DNA of 64,000 nucleotides. Source: Terracidiphilus sp. (GTDB lineage Bacteria > Acidobacteriota > Terriglobia > Terriglobales > Acidobacteriaceae). Shown here one piece after another: positions 10,300 to 18,747 of this stretch. The stretch lies in the NCBI GenBank assembly GCA_035317045.1, contig DATHHT010000017.1. One strand, 5' to 3'. Made by a program: the position numbers and the translations under genes. The notes beneath the pieces are model-generated. The model saw only the letters and a program-made list of their open reading frames with translations, made no database searches and was not told the origin of the DNA. How positions within the stretch are numbered: position 1 is the first letter of the stretch; every line of letters begins with the position of its first letter.

Positions 10300-10580
10300 T
10301 CTCTGGGTAAAGATTTTATTTACATTGACTTGCAGACGAGGGTGGCGCTAAAGATCTGTGAGGCTTGGGGATCGCTATAGAGGTTTCTGCGGATTGGACT
10401 TAGCGGACAGGCGGTGCTGGCGGAGGTATCGGGCGCCATGCGCACGATCACGGAACTGGTGGATTCAATCACGATTCCATTGTGCGCCGGGAGGGGATAA
10501 TTACCTGCAAAATGGCGGGAAGTTTTTTGCGAGTGGAATGAGGGAGTTAGCGGGAATTTTCGCGAAGGGGGCTTGACGGG
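10300..10580. other. Conserved non-coding module, copy A
   Basis: Colinear similarity to about 60110-60395 with conserved box spacing (see findings). Confidence 0.7.
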
Positions 10581-10625
10581 TTATCGGAGTTAGCCGCGCT
10601 TCGCGCGTGATTGCGGAGTTAGTTC

Positions 10626-10749
10626 GTGCTTTCCCACCCAAGCGGAGCTTGGATGGGGCACCCTGGTTCGTACCGATGTCTGAATTTTCACGGCAGATCC
10701 TTCGACTCCGCCTGGCCGAATAGCCGGCCAAACTTCGCTCAGGATGACA
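10626..10749 (+). repeat. Composite REP element (GGGGCACCC hairpin + GCAGATCCTTCG...CAGGATGACA element)
   Basis: First 77 nt or so near-identical to the sequence starting at 38434. Confidence 0.85.
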
Positions 10750-10804
10750 GATCAATTCTGATGCGAATTTTAGAAACAGGACACTAGATCCGCAATTTCG
10801 AGCT

Positions 10805-11533
10805 TCATCGCGCCGTGGCCGCAGCGGCGGAGGTTTGTGCGGCATCAAGTGTGAGATTTTCCTGCAACGACATCTGGAATTGCCATCCCGCATCGAAGAG
10901 GATGAAGTCGGTGCTGCCGGCGTGGTGATGACCGATTACGAGGGAGAGCACGAGAATGCCTACGCCTGTGCCGATGCCGATGCCTGCCAGGGTTCCGGGA
11001 GACGGTCCTACGGAGGGCAGCGGCGGCAGCGGTGGAAGCGATGGAGGGTTCTGGCCTTCAGCGACGAACGCCTTGCCGAGGTATGGCGCGCCGTCGCGGG
11101 CGTCTGCGAGCAGATACGTTGGCTGTGTTTCCGCGCCCGGAACAGACAATTTAGCCTGCACGTTTGTGGCAACCAGCGGAACCGAGTAGCCGTTCGCGAA
11201 AAGAAGGCGGGTGAACCGAAGTTGTGCGGTCGCTGAGTTACCGGCTCTTGGGTGCGCATTCACCTTGTCGACAATTCCTTCAACGTAAGTGCCTGCTGGG
11301 ATGGCGACGCGCGTTCCGATTGCGAGAGGGAACGCCACAACAGCGCGCACCGGATCGCCCGGCCTGGTGGATTTGCTCTTGATGGAGGTGATGAGGTTGA
11401 GCGCAACGAGGGTTCCCATGGGCACTGTGATGGTGTTGGTGGTCGCCGCGGGATCGACAGGCTGCGGAATGGTAGGCGTTTGTGCAGCGCTGATGGAGGC
11501 GATCAGGAAGAAGGCAACAATTTTAAGCCGCAT
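10805..11533 (-). CDS. Secreted protein with TrbI/VirB10-like beta-barrel and a glycine-rich hydrophobic segment
   Basis: Signal peptide; VPMGTLVAL...GDPV...IPAGTYVEG...LRFTRL pattern; GIGIGTGVG segment. Confidence 0.6.
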   Translation of the reverse strand: MRLKIVAFFLIASISAAQTPTIPQPVDPAATTNTITVPMGTLVALNLITSIKSKSTRPGDPVRAVVAFPLAIGTRVAIPAGTYVEGIVDKVNAHPRAGNSATAQLRFTRLLFANGYSVPLVATNVQAKLSVPGAETQPTYLLADARDGAPYLGKAFVAEGQNPPSLPPLPPLPSVGPSPGTLAGIGIGTGVGILVLSLVIGHHHAGSTDFILFDAGWQFQMSLQENLTLDAAQTSAAAATAR

Positions 11534-11559
11534 GGTTTGTCTCCCGTTTGGCTAAAGCG

Positions 11560-12459
11560 TCAATGGTTGTTCGTGGATGAGGAGTTTGGGCTGCGAAGCG
11601 CGCTGTATGGAACGGGTACGCTCGATGTCACAATTGGCGGTCCGGGGCAGTTACTTCCAGGAAACCCCGATGTGCCGGGGATTCCCGGAATTACGGTTGG
11701 AGGTGTCGGCGGAGTCCCTGGGATGACAGTGTCAGGCATACCTGGGCCGCCGGGGATGGTTGTATCTGGAGTTCCCGGTGAGCCGGGGATCACGGTGTCT
11801 GGGGTGCCGGGGCTGCCAGGCGTGCCGGGGGTTGGACGGCACAGGGTTGCCGATTTGAACTTGCCCAGGTCGACCGTGCGACTGAGCGGAATCGCGGCCG
11901 CGACCTGTCTTGCGTCAAGCGAAATGGGAGCCGCGAGTGTTATATCGAATTGCGTGCCGTTATCGAGCAGCAGATCATTCGAAGAACTGACGTTGACGGT
12001 CAAGTCCATTACCGTTGGCGAAAGTGGCGAGGCTGCACCCTGGGTTTGAAGCGGATCTGCCGCTGGTTGTGCCGGACTGGCGGCTGTCGAGAGAACGGGC
12101 AGCGGGACCGCGTACCCATTCGCGAAAATGAGGGTCGTGAACAGCGCTTGAATTTGAGCGCGACCTTTGAAGCGCGATGGCCGGGCGATGGACTGAATCG
12201 CACCCTGCACATAGGTCCCGGCTGGAATGGCGATGACCTTTCCGGCGGTGACTGGAAAATCCACCTGCGTGTAGAGAGCGTCTCCGGCTTTTGCGGTGCG
12301 AGCCCAGACAGGTGCGGTGACGGCGAGTTCAATCTTCGTGCCGATGGGGAGGGTTGTTAAGTCTGTGCTTGTTGAATCTGGTTGCGCGGGGGCGGCGAAA
12401 CTCTGCCCACTTGCGCACACGATGAAAGCAAAGCCTGCGAACCTTGCGACCCGTTTCAC
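11560..12459 (-). CDS. Secreted paralog with TrbI/VirB10-like domain and a Pro-Gly-Thr repeat tail
   Basis: Shares IPAGTYV and FANGY.VPL with the neighbouring gene; GGAGG 7 nt before GTG 12459. Confidence 0.65.
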   Translation of the reverse strand: MKRVARFAGFAFIVCASGQSFAAPAQPDSTSTDLTTLPIGTKIELAVTAPVWARTAKAGDALYTQVDFPVTAGKVIAIPAGTYVQGAIQSIARPSRFKGRAQIQALFTTLIFANGYAVPLPVLSTAASPAQPAADPLQTQGAASPLSPTVMDLTVNVSSSNDLLLDNGTQFDITLAAPISLDARQVAAAIPLSRTVDLGKFKSATLCRPTPGTPGSPGTPDTVIPGSPGTPDTTIPGGPGMPDTVIPGTPPTPPTVIPGIPGTSGFPGSNCPGPPIVTSSVPVPYSALRSPNSSSTNNH

Positions 12460-12763
12460 GCTCACGCCTCCGTTTCGTCATCTATGGGTGAACCTTGACC
12501 AAGATGCGAAACTGCGACAACTGATATGGAGACGGTTGCGCGAGGCGGTTGGTTCTACGAAATTAGAAGGCCAGCTGCCGCCTCTGATTGTCACAGTAAG
12601 TCCGGTAGAACTTTTGATGCGACTGCAAGGCTTCTGCCTGCCAGGCGGCCATCGATAGAGCCATTGCTTCGAAACGAAGCATCACCAAAAAGTACCGTTA
12701 CCCTGCACGGTAGTGGCAGTTGTTGAAGAGCAGACCTGGGCTAACATCGGAAGAGAAACCCCT

Positions 12764-13321
12764 ATGCCTACGACAGCCCAAGCCCAAACCGCATCTGACG
12801 CGATTTCCAAACGCATCGCCGAGGTAACGAAGCCAGTGGACGGTCTTGCTGCGCCCGAGAAAAAGCGCGCCTTGACCTGGGAAGAAGAAGAGCTGCAGAA
12901 CTACGAGCCCAAGCGGGCCGTTGCCGTTGAGGAAAAACGGAAGGCGGACGGCAGGGCAGCGCTCCTGGTGCGACAGCTTCCGCACCAATGGAACGCCTTG
13001 TGCGAGGTTATGTCGATTCGTTGCGAAAGCGTCAACACCAAAGCGAGCCGCACTGTTTTGCGTGGGGCCATGCCCGATCCAAATCGTCTGGAAATCCGTC
13101 GCGAAGATGAAGAGGGATTTTTGATCCAGTTTGATCCCGACCGAAAGAAGGTTACCTTCAGCGGGAAAGTGCTTGGATTCGAGCGCGTATACGAGCTGGT
13201 GGTGCAGGACCGTGACGGCGTGGACGCGACCGCGTGGTTCTCTCAAACGACTTTGCTCACAGAGCAGACCGACGACCTGGCAAAGGGAATGATCTCCACA
13301 CTCATGCGATTTGACCAGTAG
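12764..13321 (+). CDS. Hypothetical protein
   Basis: Plausible soluble ORF filling the gap; start uncertain (12713 or 12764). Confidence 0.65.
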   Translation: MPTTAQAQTASDAISKRIAEVTKPVDGLAAPEKKRALTWEEEELQNYEPKRAVAVEEKRKADGRAALLVRQLPHQWNALCEVMSIRCESVNTKASRTVLRGAMPDPNRLEIRREDEEGFLIQFDPDRKKVTFSGKVLGFERVYELVVQDRDGVDATAWFSQTTLLTEQTDDLAKGMISTLMRFDQ

Positions 13322-13426
13322 GGCCGCATTTTCCAGAAGCAGGCCTGGTCATCGCTCATCCGGCGCGCTTTCCCTCAGCAGCCCTACCGCCTACAATGGG
13401 GACTGACTTCAATCAAGAGGACCCCA

Positions 13427-13609
13427 ATGCCGCTGTCTGGTGAAGCCATTCGACTGATGAACTATATTGATGATGTTGCGGTGACGCTGCGCCGCATTCT
13501 TGCGCTCATACCCACCCTCACGGCTGAAGAGCGCACACGGATCGCCGATCACCTGGAGCACTCCAGCCCGAACGCAGACGACGTGGCCAAGGCACTCGCA
13601 GCCAAGTAA
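13427..13609 (+). CDS. Small helical hypothetical protein (60 aa)
   Basis: GAGGA SD; amphipathic helical composition; 11 nt from the next gene. Confidence 0.7.
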   Translation: MPLSGEAIRLMNYIDDVAVTLRRILALIPTLTAEERTRIADHLEHSSPNADDVAKALAAK

Positions 13610-13620
13610 TCCGGAATCCA

Positions 13621-14172
13621 ATGCAAGTTGCCATTATCGGTGCTGGGCCTCTGGGCAGATGGCTCGCGCTCGCTGCGGCCCGCGCGGGCTACACGGTGCT
13701 GATGGAAGACATAATGCCCGCAAACCTGCACCATGCGCAGGAGTATCTGCGCCAGCAATTGGGGCCGGCGGCATTGCCTATGGTCAAGTTTGCTTCCACG
13801 ATAGAAGATGCGGTGCGCGAGGCCGACGTGGTAATCGACTGCGTGCCGGATGAACTGGAGTCGAAGCTGGAGATTTTCTGTCTGCTCGACCGTATGGCTC
13901 CGCCGCGAACAGTCTTGATTACGCCGACGACGAGACTCTCGATCGCGGACCTGGCGTCGTGTACTTATCGAGCGGATAAGTGTGTGGCGCTTGCCGTAGA
14001 AATGCGGGAGCTTGCCAGCTACTCGATGAAGGATGGCGACGAGAAGGGAAGCGGCGCGGGGATTCTGCTGCGAACACCACCGCAAGTGACGCCGGAAACC
14101 GTGGCGCTGGTGCGGGAGTTCTGGATGCGGGTGGGATTCAATCCGAAGTTCGAAGCCGACCGCACAGCGTGA
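13621..14172 (+). CDS. 3-hydroxyacyl-CoA dehydrogenase NAD-binding-domain protein (N-domain only)
   Basis: VAIIGAGPLG Rossmann motif; DVVIDCVPDELESKLEIF; no C-terminal dimerization domain. Confidence 0.8.
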   Translation: MQVAIIGAGPLGRWLALAAARAGYTVLMEDIMPANLHHAQEYLRQQLGPAALPMVKFASTIEDAVREADVVIDCVPDELESKLEIFCLLDRMAPPRTVLITPTTRLSIADLASCTYRADKCVALAVEMRELASYSMKDGDEKGSGAGILLRTPPQVTPETVALVREFWMRVGFNPKFEADRTA

Positions 14173-14192
14173 TCGAGCTTGCCAGGAGAAAG

Positions 14193-15332
14193 TCAACCGG
14201 CAAGCACCTCTTCGTAATACTTGATGTATTTGGGAACAACCAAAGAGGCGCAGAAGCGCTTCTGTGCGTCCTTGCGTGCTGCGTCGCGCATTGCATCAAG
14301 CCGCGGGCGATCTTTCAGGAGGGCGATGGCTCCGGCGGCCATTTCGTCTACATTTCCCACGGGAAAGAGCAGTCCAGTCACGCCATCTTCTATGAGTTCA
14401 GGAACGCCGCCAACACGGGTTGCGATCGCCGGAACCTTGCAAGCCATGGCTTCAAGGGCGGCCAGTCCGAACGATTCGAGCGAGCTGGGCATGACCATCA
14501 AGTCGGCGAGAGGAAGAAGCTCGTTTACGCGGTCTTGCTTGCCCAGGAAATGAACGCGATGGTTGATATTGAGGTCATGTGCGAGCCACTCGGCGGCAGA
14601 ACGATCGGGGCCATCACCAACAAGGATCAATTGAGCCGGAACTTCACGCACCACCTGGGCGAATACCTTTACCACGTCTACGACACGCTTGACGGGGCGG
14701 AAGTTTGACAAGTGGATAAAGATGGCTTCGTCGGGACTGGCAAATTTGGCTCGGGCATTGGCTCGAGTCTCTTCGTCGGCGATCGGCGTGTAGACATCGC
14801 AATTGACGAAGTTCGGGATGACTTCGATGGGCCGCGAGATTCCGAAGTCTTCGACGGTTTTTGCTTTGAGATAGTCTGAGATGCTGGTTACGCCGTCACT
14901 TTCCTGGATGGAATAGCGCGTGATGGGCAAGTAACTGCGATCAAGGCCGACGAGCGTGATGTCTGTACCGTGCAGGGTTGTTACAAAGGGCAGTCTTCGG
15001 TCGCGCACGGCCAGCATTTGCCGGGCGAGAAGGGCGCTGACGGAGTGCGGAATAGCGTAGTGAACATGGAGAAGGTCGAGATTGCAGAATTCGGCGACCT
15101 CAGCCATCCGCGAGGCCAGGGCCAGGTCGTATGGGGGAAATTCGAAGAGAGGATAGCTTGAGACGGGAACCTCGTGGTAGAAGATACCGTCGTCGCGACC
15201 GCTGAGGCGGAACGGCTGTGAATACGAAATGAAATGGACCTCGTGGCCCAAGGCGGCGAGTTCAATGCCGAGCTCGGTCGCGACCACTCCGGAGCCGCCA
15301 TAGGTGGGATAACACGTGATGCCGATACGCAT
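14193..15332 (-). CDS. bshA: N-acetyl-alpha-D-glucosaminyl L-malate synthase (bacillithiol biosynthesis, GT4)
   Basis: MRIGITCYPTYGGSGVVATELG, HVHYAIPH, HLSNFRPVKRV, ESFGLAALEAMA. Confidence 0.92.
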   Translation of the reverse strand: MRIGITCYPTYGGSGVVATELGIELAALGHEVHFISYSQPFRLSGRDDGIFYHEVPVSSYPLFEFPPYDLALASRMAEVAEFCNLDLLHVHYAIPHSVSALLARQMLAVRDRRLPFVTTLHGTDITLVGLDRSYLPITRYSIQESDGVTSISDYLKAKTVEDFGISRPIEVIPNFVNCDVYTPIADEETRANARAKFASPDEAIFIHLSNFRPVKRVVDVVKVFAQVVREVPAQLILVGDGPDRSAAEWLAHDLNINHRVHFLGKQDRVNELLPLADLMVMPSSLESFGLAALEAMACKVPAIATRVGGVPELIEDGVTGLLFPVGNVDEMAAGAIALLKDRPRLDAMRDAARKDAQKRFCASLVVPKYIKYYEEVLAG

Positions 15333-15434
15333 GCCGGTGCCTTACATTTCAGAGATCAGGTTTTGAGAGCCACCCTGCTCAGGTTTGACGCTTCGGGTTT
15401 GAAGGGGGATGCAAAACCCGCAATTTCTGTGATT

Positions 15435-16304
15435 TCAGTCAGCAGCTTTCTCCTGGATCGGGTGAGCGAGACTGGCAAATGATATGAGGTCGATGCCCTG
15501 GTAGTCCTTGATCGCCATGAGCGCGTTGCGCTCGATTTCACGCGATTCCAAGAGGCGGGTGTTTGTCTTTGCCAGATGTTCATCGCGATAGCCGGGGTGG
15601 GAGACCAGTTCGAATGTACCTTCGGGCATTGCGGTTATCAGCGCATTGACGGTTGCGATGTTGACGGTGCCGGTGGCCAGGACTCCGACGGCGCCATCGG
15701 TGGTCTGGAATCCTTCTTCTTCGACAATGCGGCGAAACTTTGACTCGAAGCGGCGCAACAGGACGACTTCAGCGCGGCGTAATTCAGGCGCATTGGTGGT
15801 GGCATTCAGACTCCAAATCGGCTCAAAGGGATTGCGGATGGTGTGGATGCCGGCCGTCTTCGCTGCGCGCAGCACAGACCGCAGGATTGAGGGAAACATG
15901 TGGATGTGCTTGTGGGTGTCAACATGCGTAAGTCGAAGTCCGTAACTCTGCAGAAGAGCTATCTGGGCGGAAGCTTCGGCTTCGACATCCGCGCTGCGGA
16001 TGCGCGCCGTGAAGGATCTCTTCAGGAAGGACCCAAGGCTCGGATAGAAATTCCCGGTTGTTCGATCGACGAGGGATGGAATCTTGTTCCTGTCAGAGAC
16101 CGGCGTGCCGTCGACCATAACAATATGACAACCTACTCCAAGTGTAGGCATCGCCAAGGCCATCTTTACAGCTTCTTCTGTAGCACTGGCCTGCGCCATA
16201 AGCGTGGCGCTGGTAAGCACCTCGGCAGCATGAAGCTCGAGGACGGCGCGATTGACACCTGGGGCGAGTCCGAAGTCGTCGGCATTCACGATGAGACGGG
16301 GCAC
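15435..16304 (-). CDS. ChbG/HpnK (YdjC-family) carbohydrate deacetylase
   Basis: LIVNADDFG, GCH, THVDTHKHIH and ELVSHPG motifs. Confidence 0.9.
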   Translation of the reverse strand: MPRLIVNADDFGLAPGVNRAVLELHAAEVLTSATLMAQASATEEAVKMALAMPTLGVGCHIVMVDGTPVSDRNKIPSLVDRTTGNFYPSLGSFLKRSFTARIRSADVEAEASAQIALLQSYGLRLTHVDTHKHIHMFPSILRSVLRAAKTAGIHTIRNPFEPIWSLNATTNAPELRRAEVVLLRRFESKFRRIVEEEGFQTTDGAVGVLATGTVNIATVNALITAMPEGTFELVSHPGYRDEHLAKTNTRLLESREIERNALMAIKDYQGIDLISFASLAHPIQEKAAD

Positions 16305-16390
16305 AAGGACTAGCTTATCAATCCAAGCGCCATGCCGCTGTGGGCTGTTCCAGAGGAATGCCAGCGGAATCCGCCTTGGAGTTCCAACGC

Positions 16391-16399
16391 TGGTATGAT
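16391..16399 (+). promoter_or_regulatory. Extended -10 promoter element for tRNA-Val
   Basis: TGgTATGAT about 35 nt upstream of the tRNA. Confidence 0.45.
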
Positions 16400-16433
16400 G
16401 AGCAAGGGCCGTTTTTCGGTCCTCAGCCTTTGG

Positions 16434-16510
16434 GGGCGGTTAGCTCAGTTGGTTAGAGCGCCTGCCTTACAAGCAGGAAGTCCGGGGTTCGAGTCCCTGA
16501 CCGCCCACCA
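16434..16510 (+). tRNA. tRNA-Val (anticodon TAC)
   Basis: Acceptor stem GGGCGGT/ACCGCCC, D-loop AGTTGGTTA, anticodon arm CCTGC-CTTACAA-GCAGG, GTTCGAG T-loop, encoded CCA; 77 nt. Confidence 0.97.
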
Positions 16511-17132
16511 TCCCCCATTCTTTCATTTCTCCCGAAAGCAACGGATTGTGCCAAGCTTCGGCATGATGCGGTGCGTTCGCGCTCCGAGAGGCGGAGAATT
16601 GCGGCAAAAGCAGCGCACGACATTTTACAAGCTGCGGAGATCAGGTTGAAGGGGCGCGAGAGTCTTCAGATTCGTGTGGCGAACGTGCCGCAAGTCAACG
16701 GAAGTTATAAAACACTTATCTTAAAAAGAGGCGCAAAGAGACTGCTTCCGAAACTCGCGAAGGACGCGGAAAGCGTTGAGACATCAGGGAATCCCCTATC
16801 TCGCCGATGCGAAGAGTTAGGTGCTCAAGTTACGAAAGATGACCGCTAACTCGGTTGAACTTTCCGAGTCAACGGAAGCCATATTCGCAAATACTCCGAC
16901 CACGATGGGCACTGAAAGCACCCAGCCATGCTGAGTTTCATCGGGAGTTATGATATCGCGGGTGATGTTGCACGCGCCAGGTGCGTTCTTGTCCTTGCGA
17001 TCGATTTATAACTCGAAGCGAATAATTTGCAACAAAGTTATGATGTCCCTGGTGATATCACCTGCGAGATTGCCAGTTTGTGCCCGAAGACAACGGAATT
17101 GAGAAAAGTTATGCAGTTAAAGTCATAGGTAA

Positions 17133-17372
17133 GTCGCATTAACACCAGTCAGGGTGCTGCCGCCGGGGCTTTCGTCCTCGAACCTTACAGTGTCGACCTC
17201 ATGGCCCGGTACAAACTCAACGGGCGGGACATGCGATTCGCAAGACGGGGCCAATAGCCCCAACTGCGTGGTGCAGGTCACGGTGGGTTACAGTTTCAAG
17301 TTTCCGCTGCCTTTCTTTGCGCGGACCACACTGCCGCTTTCGAGCTGCTCTTCCATGACGATTTCCCAATAG
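17133..17372 (+). pseudogene. 3' fragment of a TadE/TadG-like pilus assembly gene
   Basis: NLTVSTSWP...NSPNCVVQVTVGYSFKFPLPFF...LSSCSSMTISQ resembles a TadE C-terminus; in-frame TAA at 17130 and no N-terminal TM/pilin segment. Confidence 0.55.
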
Positions 17373-17451
17373 GCCAGCGGCCTAACGCCGTTTGGAGCCG
17401 TTCGCCGGCTGTGAGGGGCACATGGGCCCGCATTTGAGTTAAAGTGAGCGC

Positions 17452-18726
17452 ATGGGTATGTATTGCGCAGTCGGTGGAATCGACGTTGAGCTTGGCCCAG
17501 GGCAGTTGAAGGAGTTGCTTGCGGAGAGCCTTGGGAAACTTGGGCAGCGCGAGCGAGTTCTTGCGGTGCCACCGGACATGACGCGTCTGCATTCGCAGGC
17601 AGGCGTCTTGACGTGCGCGGCCAGGGAGCTTCTGGGCGATCGCCTGAAGGCAATTTTGCCGGCGATTGGGACGCATACGGCAATGACGCCGGCGCAGATT
17701 GACCACATGTATCCCGGGATGCCGCATGAGTTATTCCGGGTACACAACTGGCGAACGGATGTGGAGACGCTGGGCGAGGTTCCGGCGGAGTTTATTCGCG
17801 ATCAGTCGGAGGGGAAGCTGAGCTTTCCTTGGCCGGCGCAGACGAATCGGTTGATATCGCAGGGGGGATTTGATCTGATCCTCTCGATCGGGCAGGTTGT
17901 GCCGCATGAAGTGATCGGAATGGCGAACTACAACAAGAACATTCTTATCGGCGCCGGCGGGCGCCAGAGCATTAATCTTAGCCATTACCTGGGCGCGGTT
18001 TACGGGATGGAACGCATCATGGGGCGCGCGGAGAATCCGGTGCGCGCGGTGCTGAATTATGCTTCGGATCATTTTCTACGCGAACTGCCGATTGTGTATG
18101 TGCAAACTGTGGTTGGACGGCGGACGGATGGCGGGCTGGCGGTGCGTGGATTGTTTATCGGAGACGATGTGGAGTGCTTCCATCGGGCGTCGGAGCTGAG
18201 CCTTAAGGTGAACTTTGAGCTGGTTGCGGAGCCGATCAAGAAGGCCGTGGTGTATCTCGATCCGCACGAGTTTCATTCGACGTGGCTGGGAAACAAGGCG
18301 GTGTATCGGACGCGCATGGCGCTGGCCGATGGCGCGGAGCTGATTATTCTTGCGCCTGCGGTGCGAGAGTTTGGCGAGGACAAGTGCATTGATGCGTTGA
18401 TTCGCAAATACGGGTATCGCGGGACGCCGGCGACGCTGGCGGCGGTGGAAGCGAATGCCGATCTTGCGGCGGAGTTGGGTGCGGCTGCACACCTGATTCA
18501 CGGGTCGTCGGAAGGGCGGTTCACGATTACGTGGTGCCCTGGGCGAATGAGCCGTGAGGAAATCGAGGGCGTGGGCTTCAAGTACGGCAACTATACGGAG
18601 ACGTCGGAGCACTATAACCCGGATAAGTTATCGCATGGATATAACAGGCTAGATGGCGAAGAGCTATTCTTTGTTTCGAATCCGGGGCTGGGGTTGTGGG
18701 CGCATCACTCGCGACTGTCAAGTTAG
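17452..18726 (+). CDS. LarA-like lactate racemase-domain (DUF2088) protein
   Basis: VPPDMTR, AIGTH, IGQVVPHEVIGMANYNKNI motifs. Confidence 0.75.
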   Translation: MGMYCAVGGIDVELGPGQLKELLAESLGKLGQRERVLAVPPDMTRLHSQAGVLTCAARELLGDRLKAILPAIGTHTAMTPAQIDHMYPGMPHELFRVHNWRTDVETLGEVPAEFIRDQSEGKLSFPWPAQTNRLISQGGFDLILSIGQVVPHEVIGMANYNKNILIGAGGRQSINLSHYLGAVYGMERIMGRAENPVRAVLNYASDHFLRELPIVYVQTVVGRRTDGGLAVRGLFIGDDVECFHRASELSLKVNFELVAEPIKKAVVYLDPHEFHSTWLGNKAVYRTRMALADGAELIILAPAVREFGEDKCIDALIRKYGYRGTPATLAAVEANADLAAELGAAAHLIHGSSEGRFTITWCPGRMSREEIEGVGFKYGNYTETSEHYNPDKLSHGYNRLDGEELFFVSNPGLGLWAHHSRLSS

Positions 18727-18747
18727 CGCGGCATTTTGAGAATCTCA

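Noticed and set aside
16571-16849. 92-aa ORF after tRNA-Val
   Set aside because: No SD, no family motif and atypical composition; treated as scar DNA.
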